A DNA stretch of 63,605 nucleotides, filler included, from Squatina squatina (Eukaryota): NCBI GenBank assembly GCA_031763465.1. It is 4 parts of 4 records of this genome, joined end to end, with 100 filler letters (N's around TTAATTAATTAA, not from the genome) between each part and the next. Parts side by side here need not be neighbours in the genome. Positions count along the whole stretch, not along the records: positions 49,458 to 63,605 come from JARFOE010000219.1; 3 more parts are not named here. The stretch is one strand, 5' to 3'. The notes below the pieces were generated by a model that saw only the letters and a program-made list of their open reading frames with translations, was not told where the DNA came from and ran no database searches. The position numbers and the translations under genes are program-made. This document shows positions 60,800-63,605 of the stretch, piece by piece. How positions within the stretch are numbered: the stretch's first letter is position 1; each line of letters begins with the position of its first letter.

Positions 60800-62143
60800 A
60801 AGAAAGCTGCTTTTATGGGGATCCAAGTGGAAGTAAGGAAGCTAAACTGGAAAAATGTGAGAAATATTTAAAATGGCGATTAAAAGTTCAGAAGAAATAC
60901 ATTTCTGTTAGAAAACAAGAATAAATTAGCCAGTAATTACACACCATGGATGAATAAAGAGATGAGGGAAAATTTTAAACTGAAGAGAAAGGCATGCACC
61001 AAGTGCATAAACAATAAAGGAGGATGACAAAATTGAGTACAAAGAGATTAGAAAAGTTTTAAAAAAAAAATTAGGAAAGCAAAGAAGAACTATGAAGTTA
61101 AATTAAGTAATATAAAAAGAAATAGTGAAGTATTCTACATTACGACGCATACATAATAAAAAAAAAATCAGGATAGGGACCGGACAGCTAAGGATGCATA
61201 AGATAAACGCGCAGGTAATGACAGCGAAATGGTGAAGTTACTTTGCATCAGTATTTACCAGGGAGACTAACAGTTGGGCATGACATTATAAGAACAGATA
61301 CAAAATATATAAAGACATTTAAGATAGAAAGGGGGAGAAAATTGATAAACTAATCAAATTTAGCGAGGATAAAACCCCTGGTCTGAATGGATTGTATCCG
61401 TGCATATTAAACAAAGTTAGGGAGGAGATAGCAGAGGCGGTATTACTTATATACAAAAATTCATTAGAAAAAGGAATCGTGCCAGAGGACAGGCAAACAG
61501 CTAATGTTTCTATCTCCCTTTTTAAATATAGGAATAACAAGTCCAGGAACTATATACCAGTTAGCTTAACGTCGTGGTAGGAAAGACAATGGAATCTCTA
61601 CTCAAAGATAGGAAAATATCTAGAAATCGAAAATGTAACAGAGTATTCAGCACGGATTTCAAAAGGGAAGGTCATGCTTGACCAACCTTATTGAATTCTT
61701 TGAAGGAGCAACAAAAAGTAGACAAGCGTAATACAGTAGATATAATGTATTTGGATTTTCAAAAGGCCTTCAATAAGGTACCGCATAGCAGACTCATGAT
61801 TAAAGCCAGCACATGTGGAGTCGGGACAAGTAGCAAAATGGATAGCACGCTGACTAGTAAACAGAAAATGGAGAGTAGATGTTAAGGGCAGTTACTCGAC
61901 TGGTAAAAGGTGGGAAATGGTGTTCCTCAAGGACCACTATGGTTCATAATTTACATTAACAATTTGGAATCGGATGTACAATTTGTTAATTTGCAGATGA
62001 CACCAGATTGGGAGGTGTAGTTAATGCAGAGGAAGAATGTGACAGAATAGAGGAAAACTTTAATAAACTTGCAGAATGTGTGTGTAATTGACAAATGAAT
62101 TTCAATATAGACATGTGTAAGGTGGTGAATTTTGGCAAGAAGA
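60800..62143 (+). mobile_element. degenerate CR1 LINE ORF2 (RT)
   Basis: Frameshifted pieces include DKTPGLNGLYPCILNKVREEIAE, NYIPVSLTS, QHGFQKGRSCLTNL, VDIMYLDFQKAFNKVPHSRL and MNFNIDMCKV. Confidence 0.9.
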
Positions 62144-62609
62144 NNNNNNNNNNNNNNNNNNNNNNNNNNNNNNNNNNNNNNNNNNNNNNNNNNNNNNNNN
62201 NNNNNNNNNNNNNNNNNNNNNNNNNNNNNNNNNNNNNNNNNNNTGACTCCAGTAGGAAAGTGTGCACATGGACTGAGGATGGAGAAAGGATTGGGCTCAC
62301 CTGTGATGTTCCAACTGAATAGCCCTTCAGCACTCATGATCCAGGCTCCCTTGTAAGATATTGGAGAGCTGCAGGTGTACATATACCCAGCCGCAGCATC
62401 AGTCAACACTTTCAGGAGAGATGGGGAGAGAAGAAGGAACATCCTGGCGTGGAAAACAACAACATCTGGAACAGTGGACTGGCCCTCACGCACACTGGGT
62501 CTCTTAGCTTGCGCTCTACTGCTATTCCAAATGGCTTGCAAATAGTAATCTTGCCCAAAAAGCTAATTTGACAGCTGTCTGCAAGGCACCAAAAATGCAG
62601 TACACTTAC

Positions 62610-63010
62610 AAAAATGATGCACAGAACACATCCTCTTCATCATCATCATCACTTGACTCTCTCTCAGCACATTTGATGCTCGCCGATCTCTCACACGATG
62701 TGCTCCACTCCACTGAACTGGTCGCGACTGGGGGTGGGGCATTCTTTTCAATGTCATCTGACAACCTCAACTTCTTTTGGTGGTCCGACTCGAGTGGAGA
62801 TGGAGTCTGTTGCGAGTTTTCCGAGGCTGGGTTCGAGGTGGACTGGATTTCGTGTTTCTCGATCCAAGCATTGTAGTACCTCACAATGTTTTCATGGTTT
62901 AGACGCGACAGCAGCGTCACTTCACCCTTTATTCTGCGGAACTGTTTACTGGTGGGGTTCACCAGGATGCGCTTAACAGCATAGTAGCAACCATCTAATT
63001 TATTCTTTAC
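62610..63010 (-). CDS. EIF2AK4: GCN2 kinase exon (subdomains II-IV plus kinase insert)
   Basis: Acceptor ttgcttccAG and donor TT|GTAAGT. Translates VKNKLDGCYYAVKRILVNPTSKQFRRIKGEVTLLSRLNHENIVRYYNAWIE...SSVEWSTS...DDDDEEDVFCASF. Confidence 0.96.
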
Positions 63011-63605
63011 CTGGAAGCAAACATAATGTTACATTTAAATAACAATACAAGGTCATAAGACTACATGGAAGTGGTGAAGGCCATCAAGACCAACTTGTTT
63101 CTTAGTTCAGCCATTTGCCTGAATGGTTATAAACCCATCACCCATATGGGGATTGGGGGGGCGGTGGGGAGGGTTGTGGGGGGTAGTGGTGATAGTCAAT
63201 ACTGAGGAGGACTGCAAAAAATTACAGGACGACATTAAAAACTTGCAGAATGGGCATATAATTGGCACATGANNNNNNNNNNTTTGTTCAGCCTTTTGCC
63301 TGATTGGTTAAAAACCCATCACCAATTTGGGGATGGGGGGGGGGGGGGGTGGGGGAAGACACTCAATTTGCCCAAGCTCATAGAACTTAGGGCTAGATTA
63401 GCAAAAGCAAAAGTTTAGGGGGCCACCAACTGTCTACAGGGGTACTGGTGGCTCAGGTCACAGTTTACCAACACACAGCACTGGTACATTTGTTGATGCT
63501 TGTCCAGCTAGGATCACCCTCCCCATTAGAGTACTGCAATTTCTCCTTTATATGTTTGAGCGAGATTCACTCTCCCTTTTCACATTTATAAAGACAATGG
63601 GGAGG

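Noticed and set aside
63105-63356. Diverged duplicate of ~65 bp (63105-63170 vs 63286-63356)
   Set aside because: The differences convert bases to their neighbouring base beside a poly-G run and a 10-N gap. This is the signature of sequencing phasing error, not a real duplication.

Overview
This is vertebrate genomic DNA, almost certainly from a cartilaginous fish (shark or ray), judged by the CR1 LINEs with (TTTCTATG)n tails, SacSINE1/Deu-type SINEs, and L2, Tx1 and Penelope-like repeats. It is not one locus: four gapped scaffolds are joined by artificial N44-TTAATTAATTAA-N44 linkers (17997-18096, 31352-31451, 49358-49457). Scaffold 1 holds the last three coding exons of an HMBOX1-family homeobox gene (+) converging on the 3' exons of PPIE (-). 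Scaffold 2 holds a CNOT6L LRR exon (-), an MRPL1 exon (+) and FRAS1 exon 1 with a CpG-rich upstream region (+). Scaffold 3 has no recognisable exons, only non-coding DNA and repeats. Scaffold 4 holds six VPS39 exons (+) converging on two EIF2AK4/GCN2 kinase exons (-). Many expected exons are hidden in gaps. Best leads: (1) a dispersed Penelope-type repeat carrying a minimal type-I hammerhead ribozyme motif; (2) a divergent HMBOX1 gene beside PPIE that may be an ohnolog absent from mammals; (3) an unexplained antisense ORF in a VPS39 intron; (4) a candidate frame-shifting (poison) exon in PPIE. Gene calls rest on recalled protein similarity and splice signals, not on database searches. There are no prokaryotic systems, CRISPR arrays, rRNA or tRNA genes.
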